Assembly: GCA_015485435.1 (NCBI GenBank)
Contig: WFTO01000400.1
Location: forward strand, 1-51,651
Origin: Anaerolineae bacterium
GTDB taxonomy: Bacteria > Chloroflexota > Anaerolineae > J102
Reading direction: 5' to 3'
DNA length: 51,651 bases
Positions 26,472-35,742 of this stretch are shown here, piece by piece (the first letter of the stretch is position 1; every line of letters starts with the position of its first letter). A program made the translations under genes and the position numbers. The notes beneath the pieces were generated by a model. The model did not search any database, had not been told where the DNA came from, and was given only the letters and a program-made list of their open reading frames with translations.

Positions 26472-26548
26472 GAGTGCACCTCATCAGGAAAAGTTGCGTA
26501 ATCAATCTTGTACATCAGGGATAATGTCATACATTGCTGGTGCATGTT

Positions 26549-26575
26549 CACATTTTGTGGTCTCTACAAAATGTG
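26549..26575. promoter_or_regulatory. Perfect 10-bp inverted repeat CACATTTTGT-N7-ACAAAATGTG upstream of the oxidoreductase gene
   Basis: Read directly from the sequence. It lies in the 357-bp gap at 26472-26828, 78-104 nt upstream of the TTG start on the minus strand, and is flanked by direct TGTTCAC words. Confidence 0.4.
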
Positions 26576-26828
26576 TTCACCAGACGGAGGCATGTCCGCC
26601 TCGGTGCAAAGGGCCCGATGGTGCGTTTTCAGTCGGTCGGGGGGACCAAAATCGCGAATCAGGTCAGTCTACGGAGTCCTCTGTGGACAGAAGGAGGACC
26701 TTCGTCGCCTCCCGAGCCGTCAAGACATGGTAGGAAGACTACGGACCGGTGTTTATAGTTTAGCAAACGGGCATGAAAACCGGATGAAAAATATCCATGC
26801 TTTTGATGACAGGACGTTCAAAGAGTGG

Positions 26829-27467
26829 TTATGAATCTTTGGGGCCAAAAATTGGCGTGTTGGGTTCACAAAGATGTGCGGGCAATGGTTGGATTCGTGC
26901 CGGAACGCCCATCGCCAATGTCCACGGAGGCACATCCTGAGTCACCACCGCGCCAGCAGCCACCATGGCGCCCTCTCCAATGCGCACGCCTGGCAGCAAC
27001 GTAGCATTTGCGCCGATGGTCACATGGTCTTCGATGATGGGGCCCTTCAACGTCAATGAATGTCGTTGGCGCAGGGGATATTTATCGTTGGTCAAGGTTG
27101 CATTGGGGCCGATAAAAACGTTACTGCCAATGGTTGTGTAAGTGGGAATATACACCTGGCTCTGGATACTTACAAAATCTCCGATGGTTATATGACCATC
27201 GAGAATGGATGCCGTTCCCACCAGTACATAATCGCCGATTTGCGTGTGCTCGCGAATCAAGACATGATGACCGGTTTTGAATCCTACGCCGATAACGACA
27301 TCGCCATAGATGATCGCCTGTGCCCGCACGATGCTGTCATCGCCCAGCCGCGCGGGACCACAGTCCTCTTGATAAACAAGCCCTACCAGAGCTTGGGGTT
27401 GAATGAGGACATTACGCCCCAGGATTGCGCGAGTAAATTCAGGTGATTGATTCATGCGAAGGGTCAT
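26829..27467 (-). CDS. Left-handed beta-helix (hexapeptide-repeat) sugar N-acetyltransferase (WbpD-like)
   Basis: Repeated [LIV]-G-x4 hexapeptides ([25 protein letters not shown]...[13 protein letters not shown]...[25 protein letters not shown]). Confidence 0.85.
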   Translation of the reverse strand: MTLRMNQSPEFTRAILGRNVLIQPQALVGLVYQEDCGPARLGDDSIVRAQAIIYGDVVIGVGFKTGHHVLIREHTQIGDYVLVGTASILDGHITIGDFVSIQSQVYIPTYTTIGSNVFIGPNATLTNDKYPLRQRHSLTLKGPIIEDHVTIGANATLLPGVRIGEGAMVAAGAVVTQDVPPWTLAMGVPARIQPLPAHLCEPNTPIFGPKDS

Positions 27468-27468
27468 T

Positions 27469-28809
27469 TTACACCATTTTTTCTGATTCCGACATCCAAC
27501 GTTGAGATAACCAGCGCCATGGCGCGCCAGCAGACAAAATAATTAGAAAGGGTATCGCGGGGATAATGTATCTGCCCGCGGCAATCACCACCGCATGGCT
27601 GAGGGTGTAATACAGCAGCACAAACCCGATCACTACATGAATGATCAGCGGCAAGCTATCTTCGATAAATAAGCGAGCTCGCCAACGCCAGGCTTGAATT
27701 TCGGCCCAAAGCGCCAAAAGCAACAGACCAAAATTCGTAAGGGCGAAAAACCATGTAGCCATGGATGGATGCCAGGTGAATCCCAGATTGAACCATAATT
27801 GCAAGGTTCGCAGCGCTGAAAGCGCCATAAAACGTCCTGGATAGGCTTTCACCTTTTCTAAACCATAGCTCATGCCGAGTTGAAATAATTCCGCTTCGTT
27901 CAGGTTCAAGCCTTTGTCATCCGCCAGTTGATGGATGGCATTTAATGAAGGGCTGACTCCTGGCAATCGCCAATAATCGGGTTGATCCAATCGATAATGG
28001 GTTTGGAAAAAGTTAAACCCTACAAGGGTGCTCCCCATCACGACCTCGCCAAAGGCGCGATAGTTTCGAACAAACCAGGGAGCCACCACCCCTCCCATGA
28101 CCATGATGAACAACATGAATGATACCAGCAAACGTTTCGGGACGGTCCGATGCCTTGCTTCTTTACGTTTGCGCACATACCACCACAGCAGGAGGGCAGG
28201 CAGCAATAACAGGGGCATATACAGGGATGTGGGGCGGGCCAAAGTGGCCAATCCCAGGGAGAGTCCGGCAAGACTTGCATATGTCAGCGCGTACAGGCGA
28301 TTCTGCAGATGGCGCAACATCAATACAAAAAAGAAGAATCCGGCCATTTGCAGGAAGGCGAAAAGGGAATCTGCCAAAAGGCGTGCGGCCAGCTGCGCAC
28401 CGGGCAGATAAAATGCCCATAAGGCCGCGGCCAGCAACCCCAACCATCGAGTTCGCCAGGCCCACCATCCTAACCAGGCCAACATGGCAGCCAGTAACAC
28501 ATCCGCCAAGGCCTGCAACACCAGGAGGGGTGTATAGTTGCCCAAACCAAACAGCCGGTAGGTCTGGGCAAGTAGCCACGGATATAAAGGCGTCCGTCGC
28601 GCTGAAGGCAACCAGGGTTCTTTATAACTGAGTCCATGACCGGCGAGCAAATTACGAGCCAAAAGGTCAAACTCGACCGAATCGCCGATATGATTATCCG
28701 CCTGGGGAAAGATGAAAATCAACATCAGGCGAATGGCCAATGCCAGCAGCAAAATGACGCCCAGCATCAACCACCAGCGACGAGTGCTGTTGTATGTTTC
28801 GGAATGCAT
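27469..28809 (-). CDS. GT-C fold polytopic membrane glycosyltransferase (ArnT/PMT, GT39/GT83-like)
   Basis: About 11-13 hydrophobic segments. First-loop acidic motif IGDSVEFD. Its stop lies 1 nt from the next start. Confidence 0.65.
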   Translation of the reverse strand: MHSETYNSTRRWWLMLGVILLLALAIRLMLIFIFPQADNHIGDSVEFDLLARNLLAGHGLSYKEPWLPSARRTPLYPWLLAQTYRLFGLGNYTPLLVLQALADVLLAAMLAWLGWWAWRTRWLGLLAAALWAFYLPGAQLAARLLADSLFAFLQMAGFFFFVLMLRHLQNRLYALTYASLAGLSLGLATLARPTSLYMPLLLLPALLLWWYVRKRKEARHRTVPKRLLVSFMLFIMVMGGVVAPWFVRNYRAFGEVVMGSTLVGFNFFQTHYRLDQPDYWRLPGVSPSLNAIHQLADDKGLNLNEAELFQLGMSYGLEKVKAYPGRFMALSALRTLQLWFNLGFTWHPSMATWFFALTNFGLLLLALWAEIQAWRWRARLFIEDSLPLIIHVVIGFVLLYYTLSHAVVIAAGRYIIPAIPFLIILSAGAPWRWLSQRWMSESEKMV

Positions 28810-28902
28810 AAGCTTAGAATCTTTCCATGGGGTTTTGGAAGCGCGCAGTAGCTATTGTGCAGGAGGTGATTGCCAGAGGCAGGGGACAGCGATCGCCAGA
28901 GA

Positions 28903-30000
28903 TCACGCCAGAGAAGCGTCGTCAAGCCCATAAGCCTGAGCCAACAATGGCGCTACCTGGCGCCACTCAAAACGCATGGCATTGCTTCTCGCGGCCAGGG
29001 ATAAACGTCTGGCGAGATCGGCCGAATTCAGCAATGTAAGTATGTGCGAGGTCAACGCCTCGACATCGCCAACCGGGGCCAGCAAGCCATTCTCACCATC
29101 CCGAATGAGATCAGGGATGGCGCCAGCGTCGGTGGAGACGATGGGCAGGCCGCTGGCGCTGGCTTCAATCAAAGTCAAAGGAAGGTTGTCGATCGCCGAG
29201 GTGTTTAAAAACACGTCGGCCGCGTCGTAAATGGCGGGCAGCGTTGCGAATGGTTGGGGTCCAGCAAATCGAACGCCCGGTACATTCATCTGTCGGACCT
29301 GCTCTTTCAAGCGCTCCTGCAAGGAGCCGCCTCCAACAAACGTCAGAGTTGCGCTGGCATGCCGTTCATGAATGCGAGAAAAAACAGCCAATGCATCTTC
29401 CGGTCGATAGCGCGGCTCGAAATGTCGTAACCACAAAATCCGCGGTTCTATGGGGCCGCGTGGTCGAAAGTGAAACCGTTCAATCGGCACGACATTGGGC
29501 ACAACGGTTGGAGAAAGGCCATATTGCTTGAAGATGGCAGCCTGGGTTGCGGTTAAGGTCAAGAGGGCATGATACCTCATGAGGGTTGCCCGCGCCAAAC
29601 CGCCATAACGCGCCATAAATGCAGCCGCCTGGCCGCCATGATAGGTGATTACCAATCGTTTGCCCCAGCGACGGGCAGTTAGTCCAACCACGGCTGGCAT
29701 GAATCCCCACCAGGAAGCACCATGAACGTGAAGGATATCCCATTCATCCCGCGTAGTGCGCAAGTTGCGTATAAGGTGGGCAACCTGAGCTGTAGGGAAC
29801 ATCCAACGTCGCATATCCCGCCTGATTCGCAACCACGGAATGTCGGTATTGATTCGTGTCACCTGCGCCCCCGAGCTCTCCAGGGCGTCGGATAGGATGG
29901 CGCATTGCACGGAAACACCCCCGGGGCGAGGCGGGAATGGTCCCAAAATCGCCACTCTGACGTGCCGCCAGTCACGCGACGAGGCTTCATGCACGTCCAT
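28903..30000 (-). CDS. GT4-family (group 1) glycosyltransferase
   Basis: N-terminal VAILGPFPPRPGGVSVQ. C-terminal EX7E region EASASGLPIVSTDAGAIPDLIRDGENGLL. Start trimmed to the ATG at 30000. Confidence 0.85.
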   Translation of the reverse strand: MDVHEASSRDWRHVRVAILGPFPPRPGGVSVQCAILSDALESSGAQVTRINTDIPWLRIRRDMRRWMFPTAQVAHLIRNLRTTRDEWDILHVHGASWWGFMPAVVGLTARRWGKRLVITYHGGQAAAFMARYGGLARATLMRYHALLTLTATQAAIFKQYGLSPTVVPNVVPIERFHFRPRGPIEPRILWLRHFEPRYRPEDALAVFSRIHERHASATLTFVGGGSLQERLKEQVRQMNVPGVRFAGPQPFATLPAIYDAADVFLNTSAIDNLPLTLIEASASGLPIVSTDAGAIPDLIRDGENGLLAPVGDVEALTSHILTLLNSADLARRLSLAARSNAMRFEWRQVAPLLAQAYGLDDASLA

Positions 30001-31378
30001 CGCTCCACGTCCTATTTGAGCTTTGAATGACTTCTGAAATAAAGTACAGTCGTTTGCCAGCCGGCGTGGGAGGTATTTCATCCACTACATCGATGGTCAC
30101 CTGACAATCCTTGCCCATACATGCATGCAGCGAATCGACAACAGATTGACGATCTGCCTCTCCGAAATCATTGTTTACGACAAGCTTCACGACCACGTGC
30201 TGAATATCCTTTTGAATAACCTGAAACGCTTCGATCGAATCCATAGCTCTGAAAAAACAGGCGTGATGCACCGTTAACCAACCCCCATCGGCCGTGACAA
30301 AGAGATCCGTGAGGCGACCAGCAAGCTGACTGAGGCGAGGAAGCGAGCGGCCGCAACGACAGGGCTCGTGGGAGAGCGTGGCTACATCATGGATATTATA
30401 ACGGATAAATGGGGTTGCGGTTGCTTCTAAATTGGTGAGAACCACCTCGCCCAGTTCTCCATCAGGTGAGCGCTTCCCAGCTTTTACGATCTCTAAAATG
30501 ACGCTCTCTGCGTTGATATGCAGGCCGTCATGTTGATCACATTCTGCAGCGATCTGCATGCCATCCCCGCCATATTCATTGAACACCCTGCCAGGAGAAA
30601 ACGCTTGTTCAATGGTTTCACGCATCGATTCGGTTAACGTGTCGCCGGTGGTCGTCAATACGGGTATCGAAACGTGAAGTCCCAACTCGAGCATACGCTC
30701 CGCTAAAAGAAACATGTTCGACGCGTAGCTACGAAAAAGCTTCGGGCGCCATGTTTTTAAATGCTCGACATATCGCTTAATGACGTCATCATCAATCAGC
30801 TCCCAGGCAGACAGCCAATGATGCCGCAGAAGCAACCATTCTATATGACCCACAAGAGGCCAGTGCCTCAACCCGCGGTTTCCAGCTAATTGCAAGGTGA
30901 CGTATGGTTCCCCAAAATCGTAGCCTGCCATCCGCCACCACCGAAATAATCCTGCCCATTTCTTCGCTTTCTGCGCCTTTGTCGTCCAGTAATATAAGCG
31001 TTCACCCGTCGATCCACTTGAGCGGGCTTGAATCAGCGCCTTGTCTGGCAATGATTGGTCGCGCATAAGCGTGTCGTAATAACGTGCAATAATTTTCTTA
31101 TCCACAATGGGCAATTTTTCCAGATCGTCTACGGTTTGGATGTCGTCTGGCGTTAGACCTCGCTCCTGCATTACCTGACGATAAAATGGCACATGTTGAT
31201 ATACATGGTTGATGAGCCGTCGCAGTTTGGCATTCTGCAGTTCGCGTATTTGTGCCCAAGACCACCATTGACTTTCCTCCAGTTGTCGAAGATAAGGCAA
31301 GAAGTCACCATACCCCGCCAGATGCGAACCGATTGGAATAGCTGCTTGACGCAAAAACCAGCGATATATGCTCATCAT
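29987..31378 (-). CDS. CapK/PaaK-like (phenylacetate-CoA ligase / F390-synthetase family) adenylate-forming enzyme, copy 2
   Basis: ANL P-loop-like SSGSTGERLYYW. TTTGDTL, EYGGDG and IRYNIHD motifs. About 70-75% identical by eye to 31646-33022. Confidence 0.8.
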   Translation of the reverse strand: MMSIYRWFLRQAAIPIGSHLAGYGDFLPYLRQLEESQWWSWAQIRELQNAKLRRLINHVYQHVPFYRQVMQERGLTPDDIQTVDDLEKLPIVDKKIIARYYDTLMRDQSLPDKALIQARSSGSTGERLYYWTTKAQKAKKWAGLFRWWRMAGYDFGEPYVTLQLAGNRGLRHWPLVGHIEWLLLRHHWLSAWELIDDDVIKRYVEHLKTWRPKLFRSYASNMFLLAERMLELGLHVSIPVLTTTGDTLTESMRETIEQAFSPGRVFNEYGGDGMQIAAECDQHDGLHINAESVILEIVKAGKRSPDGELGEVVLTNLEATATPFIRYNIHDVATLSHEPCRCGRSLPRLSQLAGRLTDLFVTADGGWLTVHHACFFRAMDSIEAFQVIQKDIQHVVVKLVVNNDFGEADRQSVVDSLHACMGKDCQVTIDVVDEIPPTPAGKRLYFISEVIQSSNRTWSDGRA

Positions 31379-31645
31379 TCACCTGCTGCCATCGAGTCTG
31401 TGTGTTAAGGGATTGTTTTATGGGGTTACAATCTTTTTCGGTTGGATGATTAGGTTTCACTCGGCTATCATACGATGACAGTGGCGGTGTTAGGGCGGCG
31501 AACAAAAAAACACTAGCGTGATGACAGTGCCTTCCCACACATTTTTCTGCGAGATGCGCATTTGGTTTGATGGTTCGTTGGCGCCACAGACGGCCATCTT
31601 GTTACCTGTCCAGATGAATGTTGTGGACGCAGCATGGGTTTGGTT

Positions 31646-33022
31646 TCAAACGACATCATTGGGCGCGCCTTGGATCACCTCAGAGATGAAAAAACGACGT
31701 TTTCCCACAGGCGAAACCGGAATCTCATCGACAAACTGCAATTCAAAGCGTGTGTTCGGGCCCATATAGCGTCGAAAGGTTTCCACTATGCGTTTTTCAT
31801 CGGATGGCTGAAAACGATCGTCCACCACCAGTTTTATGACGATCAAATCAACGGCTTTTTGAATGACCTGGAACGCTTTGACCGCGTGTAATTTGGCGAA
31901 AAAGGCCGTAAACTGATGCACGGTTAACCAATGACCATCTGAAGTGACGAACATATCGGTCAGGCGCCCTTCCAGATGACTGAGTCGTGGCAGGCCCCGA
32001 CCGCACTGACAGGGCTCCCAGGTCAGCGCGGCGACATCATGGATGTTGTAGCGAATAAATGGCGTGGCCGTTGCCTCCAGGTTTGTGAGCACCACCTCTC
32101 CTAGTTCTCCCTCGGACGCGCGCTTGCCATCTTTGATGATCTCCACAATGTACGTTTCGGCATTGATGTGCAGCCCGCGATGCATCTCACATTCCGCAGC
32201 AATCTGCATCCCATCCCCGCCATATTCGTTGAAGACGCGTCCGGGCGCAAATGCCTGTTCGATGGTCTCCCGCATGTGGTCGGTTAAGGTTTCACCTGTG
32301 GTGAGAATGGCGGGAATGGTCACCTGCAATCCCCGTTCATTCATTCGTCTGGCCAGGTAATAGACCGTAGAGGCGTAACTACGAAATAGTTTTGGCTGCC
32401 ACGATCTGAGATCTTCTATGTATCGAGCCAATACATCATCAGTCATCTCCTGGGCTGAAAGCCAATGATGACGCAACAGCAACCATTCCAGCTGGCCCAC
32501 CAAGGGCCAATTTTTAAAGCCCTGGTTAGGAGCCAACTGAAATGTCACGTAAGAATCGCCAAACTCATACCCGACCATCTCCCACCAGCGAAACAAGCCA
32601 GCCCATTTCTTCGCTTTCTGGGCTTTGGTCGTCCAATAATGCAATCTTTCGGCAGTAGAACCGCTCGACGTGGCATGGATCAAGTGTTTGCGAGGGATAG
32701 AGTGGTCGCGCAGGGTCGTATCGTAATACTTTGTTAGCACTTTTTTGTCCACGATGGGCAGTTTGACCAAATCATCCACGGTTTGAATATCCGCGGGCGT
32801 TAACCCTCGTTCATCCATCACTTGACGATAGAAGGGCACATGATCATACACATGGGCTATCAAGCGACGTAATTTTGCGTCTTGCAGCGCCCGGATTTGT
32901 TCAGGCGACCACCATTGGCTTTGTTCGAGCTGTTGAAGATAGGGAAGAAAGTCGCCGTAGCCAGCCAGGCGTGAACCAATTGGAAGGATAAAAGTTCGCA
33001 AGAATTGGCTATATATGCTCAT
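31646..33022 (-). CDS. CapK/PaaK-like adenylate-forming enzyme, copy 1
   Basis: SSGSTAERLHYW (Gly to Ala relative to the paralogue). Collinear with 29987-31378. ATGA overlap with the upstream Wzy-like gene. Confidence 0.8.
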   Translation of the reverse strand: MSIYSQFLRTFILPIGSRLAGYGDFLPYLQQLEQSQWWSPEQIRALQDAKLRRLIAHVYDHVPFYRQVMDERGLTPADIQTVDDLVKLPIVDKKVLTKYYDTTLRDHSIPRKHLIHATSSGSTAERLHYWTTKAQKAKKWAGLFRWWEMVGYEFGDSYVTFQLAPNQGFKNWPLVGQLEWLLLRHHWLSAQEMTDDVLARYIEDLRSWQPKLFRSYASTVYYLARRMNERGLQVTIPAILTTGETLTDHMRETIEQAFAPGRVFNEYGGDGMQIAAECEMHRGLHINAETYIVEIIKDGKRASEGELGEVVLTNLEATATPFIRYNIHDVAALTWEPCQCGRGLPRLSHLEGRLTDMFVTSDGHWLTVHQFTAFFAKLHAVKAFQVIQKAVDLIVIKLVVDDRFQPSDEKRIVETFRRYMGPNTRFELQFVDEIPVSPVGKRRFFISEVIQGAPNDVV

Positions 33023-34479
33023 GTTGCCTGAATTTGTTCATCAATGACGCGATCGGTGAAGGAACCGCCACCGAGGGTTGCAGAGATGGCGCCTCCCATG
33101 ATGGCGAAGAAGATCAAATTTGCATAGAGAGAAAAAGCGTTATCGAAAAAGGCAATGGGAATGACATAGGCGAAAAAGCTGGCCAATGCAGCCAGGATAA
33201 ATAATGGGAAAAATCGCCGCTGCCGCCGTCGAGGCCAGCCAATGACGATCAAGGTGATGGCGAGTCCTAGCAACATCAACACATAACCGCCCAACAAGGC
33301 ATAACCTCCAGAAACCAGGAAATTCAGATAGGAATTGTGCGTGCTGGGCAATACGTGGATGCCGTTATCGCGGAAACCCTGATCTGCAGCCAGTCGCCCG
33401 AACCATCCCCAGCCAACGCCCAGGTAGGGAGCGCTTTTGTGAATGTCAAGACCGATCCTCAGGGCGGTTAAACGGTAATCAATGGGGCTCTCAGAAGTGA
33501 GTCTGGCGCCAACTTCGGTTTGGCTCAAGGCTCCCCAACTTAAACCAAGGACTAATCCTAAAATCAGCAAAATAGGCAATACATAACGCAATAATCGCCT
33601 GTTAAGCAACGAAAAAACCATAGGACCGATCAGTCCACCCACCATGGCCGATCGATTAAAGGTCGCGATGATCCCTGCTTCGAGCAAGATGAGCGCCGCC
33701 AGGTAGCCTATCCGGTCACGAATGTTTTTCATCTCGATGCTAAGCATTATAGCGAGGGGCGCGATCACGGCCAACGCCAATCCAACATAGGCGGGATTGC
33801 CAAAAAAGCTTCCCACTTTGCGGATATCGCCACTGTAAATTTTGGCTCCAGTCCCAAAACGGAATGGCGCGAACCCTGTGGCTTGTTCCACTATCGCGGC
33901 GACAGCGATGACGATTCCTATGCCTAAAAGGGTCTTTGCCAACCGCTGAAAATCCTCTGGCCGCAGGATCAGTTGTCGGGCGATGAAATAGACCAACATG
34001 GGCATCAGAAATGCGTCGAATACGGCCTGGACGCCCCACAGCCATCCAAAATATCCCCGTACTGCCGCCCATAACAGCGGAATGATAAAGAAAGGCAAGG
34101 CAAGCTCGAAGAAGGTGGGGACCAACAACTTCCGACGACCTAACGCCACCTGGGCGAGAAGGTATACGGCAAAAATGCTGCCAACAACCCGCGCGTAGCT
34201 AAGGTCGGGTATGCCTGCAGGCATGTGAAGATCAAACCGTAAAAAGGGAGCAAATGGTATGAAAAATAGCCAAACCAGAAACGCCAGGAGTGGATCAAAA
34301 AAAAGCAGCGAGAGCGTAAGTAGAATGGCGCTCAATGCAATGATTTGATCGGCGAGATCGGGCTGGTAAAAAATAGCCCATCCCAAAACGATGGCCGCGA
34401 CTACGCCTATCAGGAATACGAGGGTGTTCGCAATAAAGACTTTGCGAGAGGAGAAAACAGCGTCCATAGTCGCTATCAT
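33019..34479 (-). CDS. O-antigen ligase / Wzy_C-family polytopic membrane protein
   Basis: At least 10 hydrophobic segments, with a central loop following ...TFNRSAMVGGLIG... typical of Wzy_C proteins. The start is uncertain: ATG at 34479 or 34467, or TTG at 34527. Confidence 0.65.
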   Translation of the reverse strand: MIATMDAVFSSRKVFIANTLVFLIGVVAAIVLGWAIFYQPDLADQIIALSAILLTLSLLFFDPLLAFLVWLFFIPFAPFLRFDLHMPAGIPDLSYARVVGSIFAVYLLAQVALGRRKLLVPTFFELALPFFIIPLLWAAVRGYFGWLWGVQAVFDAFLMPMLVYFIARQLILRPEDFQRLAKTLLGIGIVIAVAAIVEQATGFAPFRFGTGAKIYSGDIRKVGSFFGNPAYVGLALAVIAPLAIMLSIEMKNIRDRIGYLAALILLEAGIIATFNRSAMVGGLIGPMVFSLLNRRLLRYVLPILLILGLVLGLSWGALSQTEVGARLTSESPIDYRLTALRIGLDIHKSAPYLGVGWGWFGRLAADQGFRDNGIHVLPSTHNSYLNFLVSGGYALLGGYVLMLLGLAITLIVIGWPRRRQRRFFPLFILAALASFFAYVIPIAFFDNAFSLYANLIFFAIMGGAISATLGGGSFTDRVIDEQIQAT

Positions 34480-34575
34480 AGACCAGGATATCGATTTTGC
34501 CAAGAGTTTTGGTAAAAAGTTCGCCAACGTCCTGTCTATACGTCGCCGGGAACCTGCACCCTCTCTTTACCTCAT

Positions 34576-35418
34576 TCAGGCCCGTTCAATAAATGTGACG
34601 CCAAACGCCCGAAACCCACCGTGGGCGCCTAAAACTGGTCCCGCCTCGGCCACCAACACGTTGCGGCGAGGGAAAGACAACGCAGGCGCGGCTAAATCGG
34701 CCAATTGAAGCGCGAATTCTGGAGCGCGAGTATGCGCCGTCGCCAGCCGCTCCGCTTTTTTGCCGCGAATCCGTTGAAGGATGTGCTTCATTCCCTTTCT
34801 GGGAGTGCGCACTGCTCCGCCAAACGTCAACTCCCCCTTTCTCATTTCCAAAATGACGCGAATGGAAAGCACACTCGACATGCGTTTGACAACATTCATG
34901 GCCAAGGCGATCCGTCCACCGCGCTGAACAGCATCCAGCGAGTCGAGATACAAAATCAGTCGCAGTCGGGCGCGTGCATCCGCCAACTGCGCCAGCGTCT
35001 CCTGAACATCAGCCCCCTGTTCGATGAGGGAAGCCGCATGTAAAACCAGCAATCCCTCCCCCAAAGAAATGGCCCATGAGTCGAAGACATGCACCCTCCC
35101 TGCAAACGCTTCCGCCGCCAAAACCGCATTCTGATAGGTGCTGCTGTGCTTGCTGGTCAAGGTGATCATAATGGCTTCATCTGCGCGGGCCAGCGCCCGT
35201 TGATAGGCTTCAGCAAAGGTGGCAGGTGAGGGAGAGGCTGTGCGGGGCGTTTCGCCGCGAGCAAACCGCTGCCAGAATGCTTCCCGTTGCTCATATACAT
35301 CAAAAAATTCCTCCTCGCCAAAGTGGATAAGCAGAGGCACGACAATGATATGTTTGCGGGCCAGGATCTCTGGTGGCAGATCGTTGCTGCTGTCTGTAAT
35401 TAGTGCGATTCGACTCAT
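34576..35418 (-). CDS. DegV-family fatty-acid-binding protein
   Basis: MSRIALITDSSNDLPPE N-terminus and an overall DegV-like pattern. Start trimmed to the ATG at 35418. Confidence 0.8.
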   Translation of the reverse strand: MSRIALITDSSNDLPPEILARKHIIVVPLLIHFGEEEFFDVYEQREAFWQRFARGETPRTASPSPATFAEAYQRALARADEAIMITLTSKHSSTYQNAVLAAEAFAGRVHVFDSWAISLGEGLLVLHAASLIEQGADVQETLAQLADARARLRLILYLDSLDAVQRGGRIALAMNVVKRMSSVLSIRVILEMRKGELTFGGAVRTPRKGMKHILQRIRGKKAERLATAHTRAPEFALQLADLAAPALSFPRRNVLVAEAGPVLGAHGGFRAFGVTFIERA

Positions 35419-35742
35419 GTTGTTAGTGTAACCGCAAGCGTCCTTTTCGAACAATCTGTCCTGACGGAGGGATGCCAAAAGGACCGACCTAAGTCGGCAA
35501 AGAGGGCGCCTGCGCCCACCCGCCTACCCGTTTCATGCGCCAATCTGCATCACCCGGCCAGCATCGGGAACGCTGCCGGCCCTACGGATATTGCCTGCCC
35601 TCACCAAACCGGTTATCAGTTTACTTCGGAATGATGTAAAATGTAATGTAATTTGCCAACCCTTTATGGGAAAAAGCCAATTCTCCTTCCCCTCAACATT
35701 TCCTTGCTTTCTTTAGGACAAAGCATCGGGATATTCTGCCTT

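Noticed and set aside
28097-28631. Several 100-170-aa ORFs on both strands inside the GT-C gene
   Set aside because: They have Arg/Pro/Ala-rich off-frame compositions. The 446-aa polytopic membrane protein frame explains the region.
11497-35418. Interpreting the supercluster as a mobile genomic island
   Set aside because: No integrase, transposase, flanking tRNA or direct repeats are visible. I cannot compute a compositional shift here, so horizontal origin remains untested rather than supported.
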